Part shown: positions 39,799 to 50,073 of the stretch, in pieces
How positions within the stretch are numbered: the stretch's first letter is position 1
Layout: each line of letters opens with the position of its first letter
Source of the DNA: Cenococcum geophilum
Taxonomy: Eukaryota
Assembly: GCA_050273025.1 (NCBI GenBank)
Contig: CP158635.1
Span: 16,182,001-16,246,000 of the forward strand
Direction of reading: 5' to 3'
DNA length: 64,000 nt
The notes under the pieces: generated by a model
What the model was told of the DNA's origin: nothing
Database searches by the model: none
The model's input: only the letters and a program-made list of their open reading frames with translations
Made by a program: the position numbers and the translations under genes

Positions 39799-40792
39799 GA
39801 TTGATTTTTGGATTTATGAGACTTGAGATGTTGAGGAAGGTTAGTGGCTCGGAAATATATGAATTGAATAGTGCGCTTGAAACTACACCGGCAGTGCGGC
39901 CTGGATACTTGTACTTGGATAACTACGGCATGGCAGTGCAAAAGCTAGGCATAAAATTATAGCCCAAGGAAATTAAAAAGCCTTAAAGCTACTGAGGCCG
40001 CCTTCCGGGTGCTCATCAGGTGAAAGAGGGCGGAGGGCGAAGGGCGAATGGGGCGATGCCAGGATACACTGCAATGCGTAAAGCCAGAGCCGTTAGTCGT
40101 CTTACGTGTTTCACTTAATTGCCCTTACAAGAAAGACTGCTCGCCAAAGTGCTAATAGAATCACCATTTGGTAATCTAACGTATGATTTGTGGGTAAAGT
40201 GCTCGGAGTGGTAGGATAATGATTTCGATTCGTTACTTGCACTAAGACAAGCAAATCTATCGCAATACATAACCAGGGCGAGACGCAAGTCCCACAGCAA
40301 CATCTAGAACAGCAAACGTGGCCGCCATAAATGCTCGCTGTAAATGCTGGGAGTGATGCCAAAGTATCTCCACAGAAAACGGTTGAAAGGAAGAGTAACA
40401 AAGACCAAGCAAATGAACCTTCATCACTAAAGATCGACAGTACAAGACGGAGAACCATATAAAACAGAAATCTAATAGCTAAAGGGTATGTGCTGCATGA
40501 AAGGAAAAGAGAGGCCTGGAGAAGAGGTGAAGAATAGGTAGAAGACCAGTAAGGAAACGCGAGAGCAAATGCCTTGGAAATAGAGGTGTGCCACCCAGAA
40601 CAGCCATTCAAGCCCTGTAGTTGTCTTCGAGAAATTCTGATTGTGAGAGTTTTCGGACGGTGAGGCAGGGTGTAAGACTGGCATGGAGGATCTGTGAATT
40701 GACCTGTGGTCCTTGTAAGCCAACCAGCTTTACAGCTGCGTTAATATGGATAGCAACAGACCTGAAGCCATATGAATTGATCCATTGCTAGA

Positions 40793-41263
40793 TTACTTCC
40801 TAGCATTCTCATCGCAGTGGATACATTTCCGGTGGTCGCACATACAGCACGCTGGGTTATTGGCAGTAGTCTTTGGGCCATCTCCGCAGCCGCAGCAATA
40901 CCAGTAGGTCTCTCCATCAGTTAGTGCCTGGTTGCTGAAAGTTTCGTGGATGGTGTTTGTCTGGGAAGGGTTGTCTCGGCAAAATGTTGTCAAAGATGCG
41001 GTCGAAGACGGTTGTATTATTGCGTCGTCTGTAGTCGAGGGAGCACCCATGAGGATCGCGGTGGGTTCTGGCTCGGAAGCCGTTGGAAGGGAGATACTCT
41101 CCATCGCTTCCGCAACACAATAAGAACAGCCGTAATGACCGCAGTTGATGCAGGATGGGTGCAATGCCAATGACATTGGTCCGAACTTACAGCAACAGCA
41201 GTAGAAGGTCTGTGGAGGATCACAGGTCTTGGGGTTAAAGGTTGGATTCTGCAAGGAAACCAT
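40793..41263 (-). CDS. 156-aa protein with two CCxCxxGP-x8-CxxCxHxxCxxC putative zinc-binding domains
   Basis: Intronless ORF with the motif at both ends; TATATAAATA ~140 bp upstream (41402-41411); no signal peptide. Confidence 0.85.
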   Translation of the reverse strand: MVSLQNPTFNPKTCDPPQTFYCCCCKFGPMSLALHPSCINCGHYGCSYCVAEAMESISLPTASEPEPTAILMGAPSTTDDAIIQPSSTASLTTFCRDNPSQTNTIHETFSNQALTDGETYWYCCGCGDGPKTTANNPACCMCDHRKCIHCDENARK

Positions 41264-43047
41264 GACTGCGGTTTTGAATTTAATGGAACTTGAAATGCTT
41301 GACGAAGATGTTGTGGGAAGTCAAGAATATTTAAAGTGATTAATAGGCAAGCTTGGCAGTATGGCTGAGACAATGATGACAGGATTTGCTCTGGTTACTA
41401 GTATTTATATAGTATGAGATGGCTGTGCAAAAGTCAGACATAAATGCCTGGGCTGCGCCTAGGGTAGCTGAAGGAAATTATCTGCCTTTCTAAGACCACC
41501 GAGGCCGCCTTTTGTGTTCTAACGGTCGAAGAGAGGGCGAAGGGCGAATGGGGCGCTCTTTGAGGATCAGCGCGAGCATAGAGGCCATGTAAGGGCAAAA
41601 ACTACCCAGGAGCGAATGTGCTGCAGTAATGGAGGTGAAGAAAGCTGACCGCTGAGGGCGTGCTCCAAGGGGCGTGAGAACGCCTAAGGGATTAGGTGAT
41701 CGAGGACCATAGTCGACGGGGGAGCAGACAGACGATGTTGAAGGCACCAACGGTTGCATAGCGAACTGTTGTCGAGGGCATTCCCCTACTCGCCGGGCAC
41801 TAGCTTATGCCCAGAGCTGAGACCTAGTCGATCAGGGGAAGCGCAACAGAAGCGCAAGTATGAGTAACTCGATGTCATACTTTGGGTGAATTAAGGCAGT
41901 GCACTGCTTCGCTTGGCAGCAGATATTTATCCGTCGTTAAGTGAGGCCTGGGCCGCCGGTAAGCCGTTGCTAGGCGGGGACGGAGGACACCGCAGGCAGG
42001 TAAGGCTTCTCCGAAGTACCTTCGCCGGGGAGGGACAGAGAACTAAGACATGACTAGGAAAAGGACGTCCGGTGGGCGAATCTGAACAGCGGTGGAATTA
42101 GCACGGTTGGAAGAAGGAAGACTTATATCAAGGGACAGTCATGTGCTCAAAGTCTTTGCCTTTTGTACCTTAGCCCTGACGTTTGAACAGGGCCGATTCG
42201 CAGGATGTATATCAGCTGCGGGCGCAAGAGCCGCGCCAGCGAGGCTGGCCAGCCCTGAATTTCGCGTGTAAATTGAATTTTTGCAAGGCAGTGTTTTCCG
42301 GCTGCATTGCAGTGCGTGACGCCACAGCCGTCAGCCGGCTTATATGTTTCACTTTAATGCCTTTAAGGAGGACGGTACCTCGCTAAAAAGCTGATAGAAT
42401 GCACCGCTTGATAATTCCAACGTATGATTTGTGCCTGAAGTGTTACAGAATGAAAGGATATCGACCCCGATGCATTACATGCACTGCCTACCCATCGGAA
42501 TCGATAACCAAGAGACGCGAATCTCACAGCAAAATCCAGATTGGCATAATGCGCCGCCCGTAAATGCTTGCTGAAATGCTGGGAGTAATGGTAGAGTACC
42601 TCCATAGAACAGAGTTGAAGAAAAGACAAGACAAAGGCTAAGAAGACAAGCCGCCATCCTAAAGAACAACAACGCAAAACGGAGATCTCTATGAATAAAA
42701 CTACTGCAGCTGAAGGGTATGCGCCATGTAAGAAAAAAAAGAGAGGGCTGGGGGGGGGGGGAGAAGGTGAAGAGTAGGTGGAAGACCAGTAGTGAATCCC
42801 AAGAGCAACTGCCTGGTAAATAAAGATGCGCCGTCTAGAAAAGTCTTTCAGGGCCCTATATTTGTCTTCTGCGAGGGGCTCTGTTCGTAACAGTGTTTAG
42901 AAGCTGAGGCAGGTTGTAATAGCGGCAAGGAAGATCTGTGGATTGACCTGCGGATCATATAAGCAAATCGGCCTTACAGCTGCGTTAATATGGACCGCAA
43001 CAAACCTAAAACCACATGAATTGATTTTTCATTTTTTCAATTGAAGG

Positions 43048-43518
43048 TCATTTGCCACCCTCCACAGAACACATCTCACATCTCCAGTGCCCACACTCGC
43101 AGCACCCCGCGTTGTTGGCGGTACCCATTGGACCATCCCCACAACTACAGCAATACCAAGTGAAATGCTCGCTATCGTTCGCCTCTTCATCGAAGATAAG
43201 CCCGTGTATATTGGTACCTTCAAGGCGAGTTGTGGCGAAAGCTGTGGGAGAAGGACGTTGAAATGTCAAGTTGACATCGGAGGAGACGTCTGTAAAATCG
43301 ACTCTCTCTACCGTCGTGGCACTTGCGCCTATTTCTCGGCCAGAAATTCCCTCCGTTGCGTCAGATTCGCAACTTGAACAGCCGGTATGGCCGCAATTAA
43401 TGCACTTGGGGCACATATTTATTGACTGTGGCCCAAATCCACAGCCGCAGCAGTAGTAATCGGTCGGCCCGCCGAGGGTATTGAAGGAGGGTGTAGACGC
43501 ACTGTCGGTGAGAGACAT
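43048..43518 (-). CDS. 156-aa protein with two CCxCxxGP-x8-CxxCxHxxCxxC putative zinc-binding domains
   Basis: Start taken at the ATG at 43518 (CAAAATGTC context), which gives the same length as the paralog; TATATATA at ~43623-43630. Confidence 0.85.
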   Translation of the reverse strand: MSLTDSASTPSFNTLGGPTDYYCCGCGFGPQSINMCPKCINCGHTGCSSCESDATEGISGREIGASATTVERVDFTDVSSDVNLTFQRPSPTAFATTRLEGTNIHGLIFDEEANDSEHFTWYCCSCGDGPMGTANNAGCCECGHWRCEMCSVEGGK

Positions 43519-46197
43519 TTTGAAGTGATGGACGAGGGATCGTGTTGTTGAAGAATATGTTTGTGGTTTGTCAGACTGTCGGATTAAAAAGAATTGACTC
43601 TCTCGTAGTGGAGGCGAGTGAGTATATATACACTCATATTGCCTAGGACGGCAGTGCACGGCGGGCAAAAGTACTTTGCGCAGCCACAGGGAAAGCTGAA
43701 GACGCCTTCCTGAGGCCATACCCGACCGCCCTGACTGCCAACTAGCTGAAAGAGGGCGAAGGGCGACGGGGCGATGTCGGGGCCGGCGATATCACAGAAC
43801 CATCCATGCAAGAGCTAAATGGTTAGCAGCGAATTGGCACCGTCAGGGCGAATAAGAGGACCGTGCTGAGGGCGTGATCATAAAGGGACGAGAGGGCCTG
43901 AGGGATTGGCTCTCGTGAGGACCCATTGTTGACAAGGTATCAGGCCAACAGATTGGAAAGGCACCAACGGTGGCACAGAAAACCATTGTTAAGGACATCA
44001 CCCCTAATCGTTGGGCACCCGTCGACACCTGGAGCTGAGACCTAGGCCAGTCAGGAGAAGCACAACAGATATGCAAGTATGAGTGACTCGATATGATACT
44101 ATGTGGTTAGGTGAGGCCTCGGCCACCGGCGAGCCGTTGTTGGCCGGGACGGAGGAGGACATTGCAGCAGGAAGGCTGACCCGAAGTTTTGCCAAGAGGG
44201 ATTGAAAGCTAAGACACAACTGGGAAGAGGAAGGAAGACTTACATAAAGGACAGTCATATGCTCAGTCTCTGCCTTTTGTGCCTCAGCGCCTAAGCGGTA
44301 TGGGGGGTCTATACGGGTGAGAGACCTTTATCCTCTTGAGGAATATTCGATACGGTACCTTTCATACTAAAGGCTTGTCCCAAAGTCAGTAACAAATTTC
44401 AGGTAAGGAAGCGTTGTTTTAATAATGCGGGACGAGATGCTCAGCTGCCCATTTATGACGAAGCATGTTGCCGATAGCCTGAGTAATGCTGCTAACTAGA
44501 TGGATATTCAGACTGGCGTCCAGTCCACTGATTGGCTGAGATGGTAAAGCTAAGATTGGCTAGTATCAAAAAGTTACAATACGAGAAATACGTAAAATAA
44601 TCATTCAGATGACGTATGATTGATTCCAATTTTCGCAAACAAAATACAAAGAGACTATAGTGACAGATATCTGAGACATAGACCCTAGCTTTGGCCTTCT
44701 ACGGCGACTTGATGAAGGATCGAAGTCTAATTAATGCTGAGACAAAAGTGTTAGGGGGCTCGTTGGGCGGCGGCTCGTTGGGCGGGCTCTGCGCTTGGAG
44801 GAACGGCCCCTGGTGAACCTTAGGTCAATATAGTGCAGCGATTCGCTACGACAGGTGAGATATGGCGGCCAGTAAGCCTCGCAAAGCTCACATTAGAGGC
44901 CTTTGTGCCTACAATGACTTTTTGTGCTCAACTACGGGTTGAGATTGATATTGTTCTTAGAAGCACTGCGGCCAGGCGTAATCCCTGACGGGCAAGTGGG
45001 TTTGTTATCCTCAGTCTGCCTGCCCTGATTCCGGTCTGCTTGTGATGTGTTCCCGGCCCTTGCAGAGCCACAACAGGAAGCCTGGGCGTGTTTATGAGGA
45101 AAAAGAAGTGGAGATTCAGTCGAGTAGAGTACAAGGCAGACAGAAGAGCTCGGGCTCAGCCTCTGGCCTAGGGCTTGCCATCTTCCTGGCAGAATACTTT
45201 CCGGTAGCATTAGTGCTAGTTTCTTCCTGTATGGACAAAACGTACCAAAGTGCTCTGATAAGCACCCGACTCTGTTGGCCCTCCGAGTTTGGCGGTCGCC
45301 CCGCCGACGGCCCTTCCGGCGACCGTGCCGGCTTCTCGCGCCCTCAGGGTTGAGATCTGCCCGCACAGCGACGAGCCAGCCAAGGGGGGAGAGTGCACGG
45401 TGAAGTGGCCGGTCGGCTGCTGGAGAGGGGAGGCGCAGCTCGTTCTTATAATCGGGTTATGGTTAGAAAGGCTAGATTTAACTCTGCCAACACACCATGA
45501 AGCAGTCCGCCCTGCATTTGAGGCAGAGAGAGAGGATGCCAGTTAATGGTGTTTCGATCCGAGAAGTGTGGACAATCTGATCAGGCTGTGATCCAAAAAG
45601 ACGGGCGGCATTGACGTGTAACGCAAGGCTAGGATTTAGGGCGTTTGCCTCATTTCCGAGAGGATTTGCCTTTTCAATGAGGGTATGGAAAAAGAGCCTC
45701 AGGAGGGCCGCGTGACGCAGGCTTAGAACGAAGGACAGAAAAGCCCTGTCTCCTCAGGTGCCCGCCGGTGAAGAGTGAGGTATTAAGGAATCAGGGCGAG
45801 AGCGAGGCTTAAAGCCGGGGCGTCGAGGTGAGGGCGCTGGGCGCTGGGGAGCTTACTTGGCGTTACAGTGTGACGCGAATTTGCTAAGCGGCAGGCAATT
45901 GGAGGCGCTGACGCAGCAACTGGTCTTCCCTATTCTTCTGCCAAACCCTGTCAGTCTTCTGGAGAACATTGGCATTTTCGAAACATGAAGAGACGATGAA
46001 GGAACGATGAATTGGCGATGGACTGACGATGAAGACAAGTTGCCGGGAGACCCCGCATCGATCAGATAACTTAATCGAGCTTGGTCCAATCAGCATATGA
46101 TCCCCATCACGTGATAACACGTGACTTATCTTTCCCGCGAATGAGGCTGAGCTCCGCAAAGGACATGGCCCTGTCAGCAACATCCACTTTTCCATCT

Positions 46198-47748
46198 ATG
46201 GCGACTCCACGGAGTGAGAGGACCATCAATAGGTCTGCTGCTGCTGTCATTCCTCTCTTTATGATAGCTGCCGTTGTATATGTTACTTGGGTAATCGTAG
46301 TTAAAGTCACAGGTGCGCCTCTGGCCTTAATTGCTTCAAATGTGATATTGACCCTTCGCAGTGGAATATCTCATCCATCCATCCAGAGAACTCCGGCAAC
46401 TGGGTATTTATCCTCGTCATGGCGCTGCCATTGCGATCCTAGTCCTATACTTTATCCTCGTACTACCTATGGCGTTTTGTTACTTTAGAACCCTTCAAAT
46501 TATCTGGACCGACCCAGGATATACTCCTCTTGGGCAAGGTGTAGGGAAAGACACGGCCCCGGGCTTGGAACAATTTTATACCAAGGATGTCTTCGTGTGC
46601 GATCCCCAAGGCAAGCCTATATGGTGTGACAAATGTAAGAACTGGAAACTAGATCGAACCCATCATTGTAGCCAGATTGGACGCTGCGTTCATAGGATGG
46701 ATCATTTCTGCCCGTGGGTAGGAGGTATAGTCTCTGAGAACAACCTTAAATTCTTTATCCAATTCAATTCGTATGGAGCGCTCTACACAAGCTTTGTAAT
46801 GATAGTTATGGCCGTTCTATTAGCGGAGCGGAAGCGAAAGGTTGGTTTTTCTCGCCTTTTAATTGTCAATCTGCATTTTCTTTTGCCTTTGGAATCTGCC
46901 TGCTCGTTATGGCGCTACCATCCCTCTTCTTTCATCCTTTCTCTTCCCCAGCGTATGAATTATATGCAGCGTGCAGCGCAGGTTTCTTGGCAGTAAAATA
47001 TTCCTATAGTTCCGCACGCTGTCCCTTTATTCTTCTTTCATTGGAATCCTTATTCGAGAATCTCGTAGAGTATCCTGGCTCCAACGCTCGCCCGCGCTGA
47101 GCCTTTTCTTCAACTAATTATATTCGTACGAACCAACTGACATCCTCTATTTAGACTGCCGATGTACAGGCTACCTGGGCTGTTGCTCTTGCATTAGCTA
47201 CTATGTTCTGTCTTTTCTCGGTCGGAATGGCTGCGAGTACGCTTCAACTTACCTCGCAAAATCTCACAACTATTGAGAACCTTGATAAGGGGAATGCCGT
47301 GTACTACCTTGCGGCACTAGTGGATTCTTCAGGGCCGGTAAGGTCGCCACTGAGCAGGCTCGGATATGGGCCTGGTGTTGTTACATACCCCAATCAAGCT
47401 CAGCAACCGCAGCCTCTCCAAGATCCAGGCGACCGTACGCATACGCGTGATTATGTTATCCTTCAAACAGAACCTGGGGACAACCCTTGGGATGTTGGTC
47501 CACTTCGCAATTTAAAGAGCGTTCTTGGGGATACATGGTACGATTGGTTGCTTCCTGTTAAATATAGTCCTTGCACGAAGCATGATCGGGATGATAGCCA
47601 CTTCGAGTTTGGGCCAGTGGTAGAGAAGTTAAAGCGTCAAGCAGGCTTATTACCTGGCTACGCTACGGAGAAACTGGACCGACGTTGGCATAAAAGACGG
47701 CACAGGAGGCATAAGAGCGGAGCTAGCAACGGCGAACCCGAGGGATGA
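46198..47748 (+). CDS. PFA5: DHHC palmitoyltransferase, Pfa5-like
   Basis: Exons 46198-46312, 46362-46840 and 47155-47748. FYTKDVFVCD, WCDKCKNWKLDRTHHCSQIGRCVHRMDHFCPWVGG (DHFC variant), NLTTIE, NPWDVG..N.KSVLG..DWLLP. In-frame upstream ATGs at 46141 and 46165. Confidence 0.9.
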
Positions 47749-48834
47749 GAGGATAATACAGAGCAAAGAGTAAGGGAAGAGGGACATACCTGATAGGTCA
47801 CAATAACTCGTATACGGAAATACTTCGAGTTACTAGGGCTGTATGGAAAGTGTCAACGGATTTACCTTCGAAATGTCATTCCAGGAGACCATCTTTGTAC
47901 TTTGGGGGGTCAGCTAAACATAGCCCTCCAGTGTACGTGGCATTCTGAGATGGTTCGCCTTTCGACTAAAACATACAAAGTTTCTGATTGGCTATTAAGT
48001 AGCCGACTAACTAGAAAGCTCATCAGAGGCATTCTATCGCCTTGAATCACCAACCTCCAATTCCAGGATTGGTGGAAAGTAGTAGGGCATACAGACATGC
48101 CATGGAAGTTTCTGCCCAAAACATGCAATAAATGGGGCACTTACTCCAGGGTTGTGGCCCTTCGATTAGGCCGCAATGCCCAACCTCTAAGCTAGCCGAT
48201 CAATTTAAACTTCATAAAATACGGCTGCAAATCTTCATGAGGCGGGGCGTAGGTGTCTTGGGGTTGGAATGGTTATTGGAATGTTTCGTGTTTCAGCCAA
48301 CTTTTTATAATCTTGGTTTTGGATGTTTTTCCAAGTCTGCGTTGCGCTTGTTGGATTGTTTTGGTCTCTTGTATACTTACTTTGTAATGATAGTTCTACC
48401 ATAGATATCGATCCAATCAATATCTGAAAATTAACTACCTAATGCCTGCGCTAGTATAAATTATCGTTCTTATATCATTCATGTTGTTTCTTACGTGAGA
48501 TTCCTTCGACGCGGCCTGTTCAGCCACCCCTGGCAATATCGTATTACATATCGTATTTCTCTTTTCACCGGGGCGGCTGGCAATTGTTGCTATGTTGCTC
48601 TATTGGAGAATAATACTCTCACTAAAAGCTTATTGATAATCTTGATCCGCTAGCAAATACAGATTTTGAAAGTCCGAAATTTTATTCCTGTTGTCTTTTT
48701 CACATGGCAGAGACAGTAATCTCTGATAACTAAGGCTTCCACATACATCTACTTTAGTACTTTCGTTTAGTGTTACTTAGCCTCCTGGCAAGCCAGACTG
48801 AGGCTGGCATCGTCACAGATATATCGCTCGAAGT

Positions 48835-48985
48835 CAGACTTGATAAGAAGCAAGCTGTCAAGCCCGCATGGACAAGTATATGGTAAGTGCACCGGTGCAA
48901 GGCACTTCTAGAGAGGTCCGTGATGATGTGCAAGGTGCTCGTAGTAGTCAAAGCGGGCTTGACAGCTTGCTTGTTACCAAGTCTG
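48835..48985. mobile_element. MITE-like inverted repeat (33-bp arms, 85-bp spacer)
   Basis: CAGACTTGATAAGAAGCAAGCTGTCAAGCCCGC versus GCGGGCTTGACAGCTTGCTTGTTACCAAGTCTG (31/33). Confidence 0.75.
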
Positions 48986-50073
48986 GCCCGGCCGAATCGT
49001 TTGTCGATGTCATACGTTAGATTTTGAGACAGGTTCACAAACACGCCTAAGCCGGTCGAAATCCTAAGAAAAAGGCAAAATCCTCGGGGTTATTTGTCAG
49101 TCAGCAACATTAAAGTGTCTCAAGTGTCTCTGCTGCCTTTCTAAAAGGCTAGGCAGGCGTTGCCTTACTCTAGTCACGCCTGCTGTTCATCTTTCTTAGG
49201 CGTCTAGTAAGTGCCAAGGGGATAGTTTCTTTCCGTCTCCGTAGATGAGTGGCGCTAAGTATCGCCCTACTCCTAGGTCTTATGGATATGTATTGTCTAT
49301 GTCCTCTGGATTGGAAATTTGTTAGTCCCTTTGCTGCGTGAGCGCGAGAATTAAGACTCCATAGAATTGGCAATCTTGTTGAACCCACTCCAATATCTCT
49401 TTACCGCTAAAGTTGCGGTGCTCGCCTTAACACGGGATTTAAATATAGCCTCATAGGAACTCTGTGAGAAGTACTATATACTTGGTTTCGGAAGTATAGG
49501 GCTAGTTTATTTCACGGTGGCCTAATAACTGGCTCTGAATATACGGGGTAGGTTAGGCTAAGGCCTGCAATAAAATGTCTCAAAATTTGTAGAGGGATTA
49601 TAGCCACGTAGGGGTCTGTGAAAGGGGTCCTCGTATCTCTAACCAGGATTGGCAGGTTAAGGGGTGGATTGGCAACTAAGTGGAGTTCGCGAGCTCTAAT
49701 AAATGACACAAATCAAGGCTGCCCACTTCTCCTAGATATTTGTATGAAACAGAATTATGATACTTGAATCGAAATTAAAATGCCTAGGCACTCATGAGCG
49801 AGAGGGGACATTTCGCTGGGGAAATTAACACCCAAAGCAGAAAGTCAGTACGTAGCGAACTCCGTATAAACTTATGCCGAGCCCCGAATTCCTTCGATAA
49901 CGCGTACGGCAAAACGTAGACCTGGCAGGAATGGCCACAACTAGCGGTTTCAACATGACTGCCTCCGCCATTGCTCTCTCTTACCACGTTGACCCAATAT
50001 ACTTGTTAAATACAGTCTTGCAGCAACAACTCTATTGTACATGTCACTCGTTTTTTCTTCATTAGAAGCTGTC

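Larger units (their letters stand above)
38792..44292 (-). repeat. Tandem segmental triplication (~2.1-kb unit): copy 1 ~38792-40060, copy 2 ~40066-42176, copy 3 ~42177-44292
   Basis: 38792-38967 aligns with 42177-42352 and partly with 40066-40114. 40600-40780 aligns with 42830-43024. GAGGGCGAAGGGCGA.GGGGCG recurs at ~40033, 41533 and 43752. 41647-42176 aligns with 43859-44292. Confidence 0.92.

Noticed and set aside
39613..43518. Secreted Cys-rich effectors or classical metallothioneins
   Set aside because: No signal peptide; fixed spacing with aromatic residues, GP and His suggests a folded zinc finger rather than a metallothionein.
43519..43719. 67-aa N-terminal extension of the 223-aa ORF
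   Set aside because: It spans the TATA/promoter region homologous to the other copies; the downstream ATG gives 156 aa like the paralog.
44930..45480. Telomerase RNA, RNase P/MRP or TPP riboswitch
   Set aside because: CTAACCATAACCC is not a perfect template and reads better as a branch site; the conserved RNase P/MRP and TPP motifs were not found by eye.
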